24,891 bases of DNA. Origin: a virus (Duplodnaviria > Caudoviricetes). This document shows, in pieces, positions 24,066 through 24,891 of this stretch. Below the pieces are notes generated by a model. It did no database searches. It saw nothing but the letters and a program-made list of their open reading frames with translations, and was not told where the DNA came from. The first letter of the stretch is position 1, and each line of letters opens with the position of its first letter. Position numbers and translations under genes: made by a program. The stretch spans positions 1 through 24,891 of the IMG/VR virus record IMGVR_UViG_3300048599_000119, one strand, 5' to 3'.

Positions 24066-24891
24066 TCACTCGTTGTCGTCACATAGCTCTGTCCTCCGTT
24101 CCAATAGCGTCTCGCGGGTTCGCGCCGCGACTCTCTCTCGTTGTTGGCGGATGCTCTCCTCGTCGAGGTTCAGCGCCCACCCTAGCGCCAGATACCAGCC
24201 ATCCACGGCTGTTTGGCTTCCGGCCTTCGTCAGCGCCAAGCCCCCACGTTCGTGCTCGCGGTACTCGGCGAGCACCTCCTTCAAGGGCCGCAGGTGGGGA
24301 ACCGGCTCAAAATCCTTGCAGAAGTCGTGCAGCTTCCCTTGGCGGGCTGCCTCTTGAATCTGCTTGAGCAGCCGAGCCGCCACGGGGACGAACTCCTGCG
24401 CCACGGCCGTCTTTGCCAGCGCCGCCAGTTGGTTCTGATGGGCGCGCGGCAGCTTGGCGAGCATGTAGGCTGACTTGAGCGGTATCTCACCTCGCTCCAC
24501 GGCCTTCTGGATGTCCGGCCGCAGAATGAGCAGCCGAAGCTGGTCGGCGATCCAATCCACGCTCTTGTGGATCAAGTTGCTCACGTCGGCCAAGGTCGCG
24601 TCTCTTCCGTTGCGGGCGGCGAGGGCATCCATGATCCTCTTGATCTGCCGGGCGTATTCCACCGCCGTCGTCTCGGGCCGCAGGGCATTGGCCTGAATCT
24701 GAATCGCCAGTACGTCGTCGTCCGTGAGACCGTGTTTCACGATGCAGGGCAGCGCCGGCAGCCGTAATTCCGTAGCGGCCGAGTAGCGATAGAGGCCGTC
24801 CACGACCTCATAACAGCCCGGCCGCCGCACGGACGGCCGCACACAGATGGAATTGAGTGGGCCGACCTCAGAGAGCGAGTCCCGCAGTTCC
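24066..24891 (-). CDS. ParB-like protein, 5' end outside the window
   Basis: frame is open to the edge: ELRDSLSEVGPLNSICVRP...YEVVDGLYRYSA; QANALR; HTH TLADVSNLIHKS. Confidence 0.85.
   Translation of the reverse strand, partial: ELRDSLSEVGPLNSICVRPSVRRPGCYEVVDGLYRYSAATELRLPALPCIVKHGLTDDDVLAIQIQANALRPETTAVEYARQIKRIMDALAARNGRDATLADVSNLIHKSVDWIADQLRLLILRPDIQKAVERGEIPLKSAYMLAKLPRAHQNQLAALAKTAVAQEFVPVAARLLKQIQEAARQGKLHDFCKDFEPVPHLRPLKEVLAEYREHERGGLALTKAGSQTAVDGWYLALGWALNLDEESIRQQRERVAARTRETLLERRTELCDDNE

Noticed and set aside
1-24891. tRNA, rRNA, integrase, transposase or virion genes
   Set aside because: None recognised; intergenic gaps are short, so phage versus prophage status and the host cannot be settled from this window.

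Overview
The window is a densely packed, GC-rich block of about 40 genes, all on the minus strand and often translationally coupled (ATGA, TGATG, TAATG overlaps). It looks like the DNA replication and nucleotide-metabolism module of a large bacteriophage or prophage; no virion, lysis or integrase genes are visible. It encodes a family A DNA polymerase, SNF2-like helicase, ATP-dependent ligase, VRR-NUC and PD-(D/E)XK nucleases, a putative SSB, two ParB-like proteins, a sigma-70-family factor, four methyltransferases, a radical SAM enzyme, DeoC next to a nucleoside-deoxyribosyltransferase-like hydrolase, a 5'-nucleotidase, two metallophosphoesterases and three unrelated protease types. The strongest non-genic signal is a fixed-spacing motif, TCCAGA-N15-CGTCATA-N4-GTAG (minus strand), found four times, each just upstream of a gene start; it is probably a promoter regulon, perhaps read by the encoded sigma factor. 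Other oddities are a PolA with a DnaJ-type zinc-finger insertion and an altered motif B, a methyltransferase with DPPD instead of DPPY, and a ThyX-like protein lacking its catalytic motif. Together they hint at a nucleotide-pool editing or DNA-modification system, which is inference. All family calls come from motifs recognised by eye, not from database searches.
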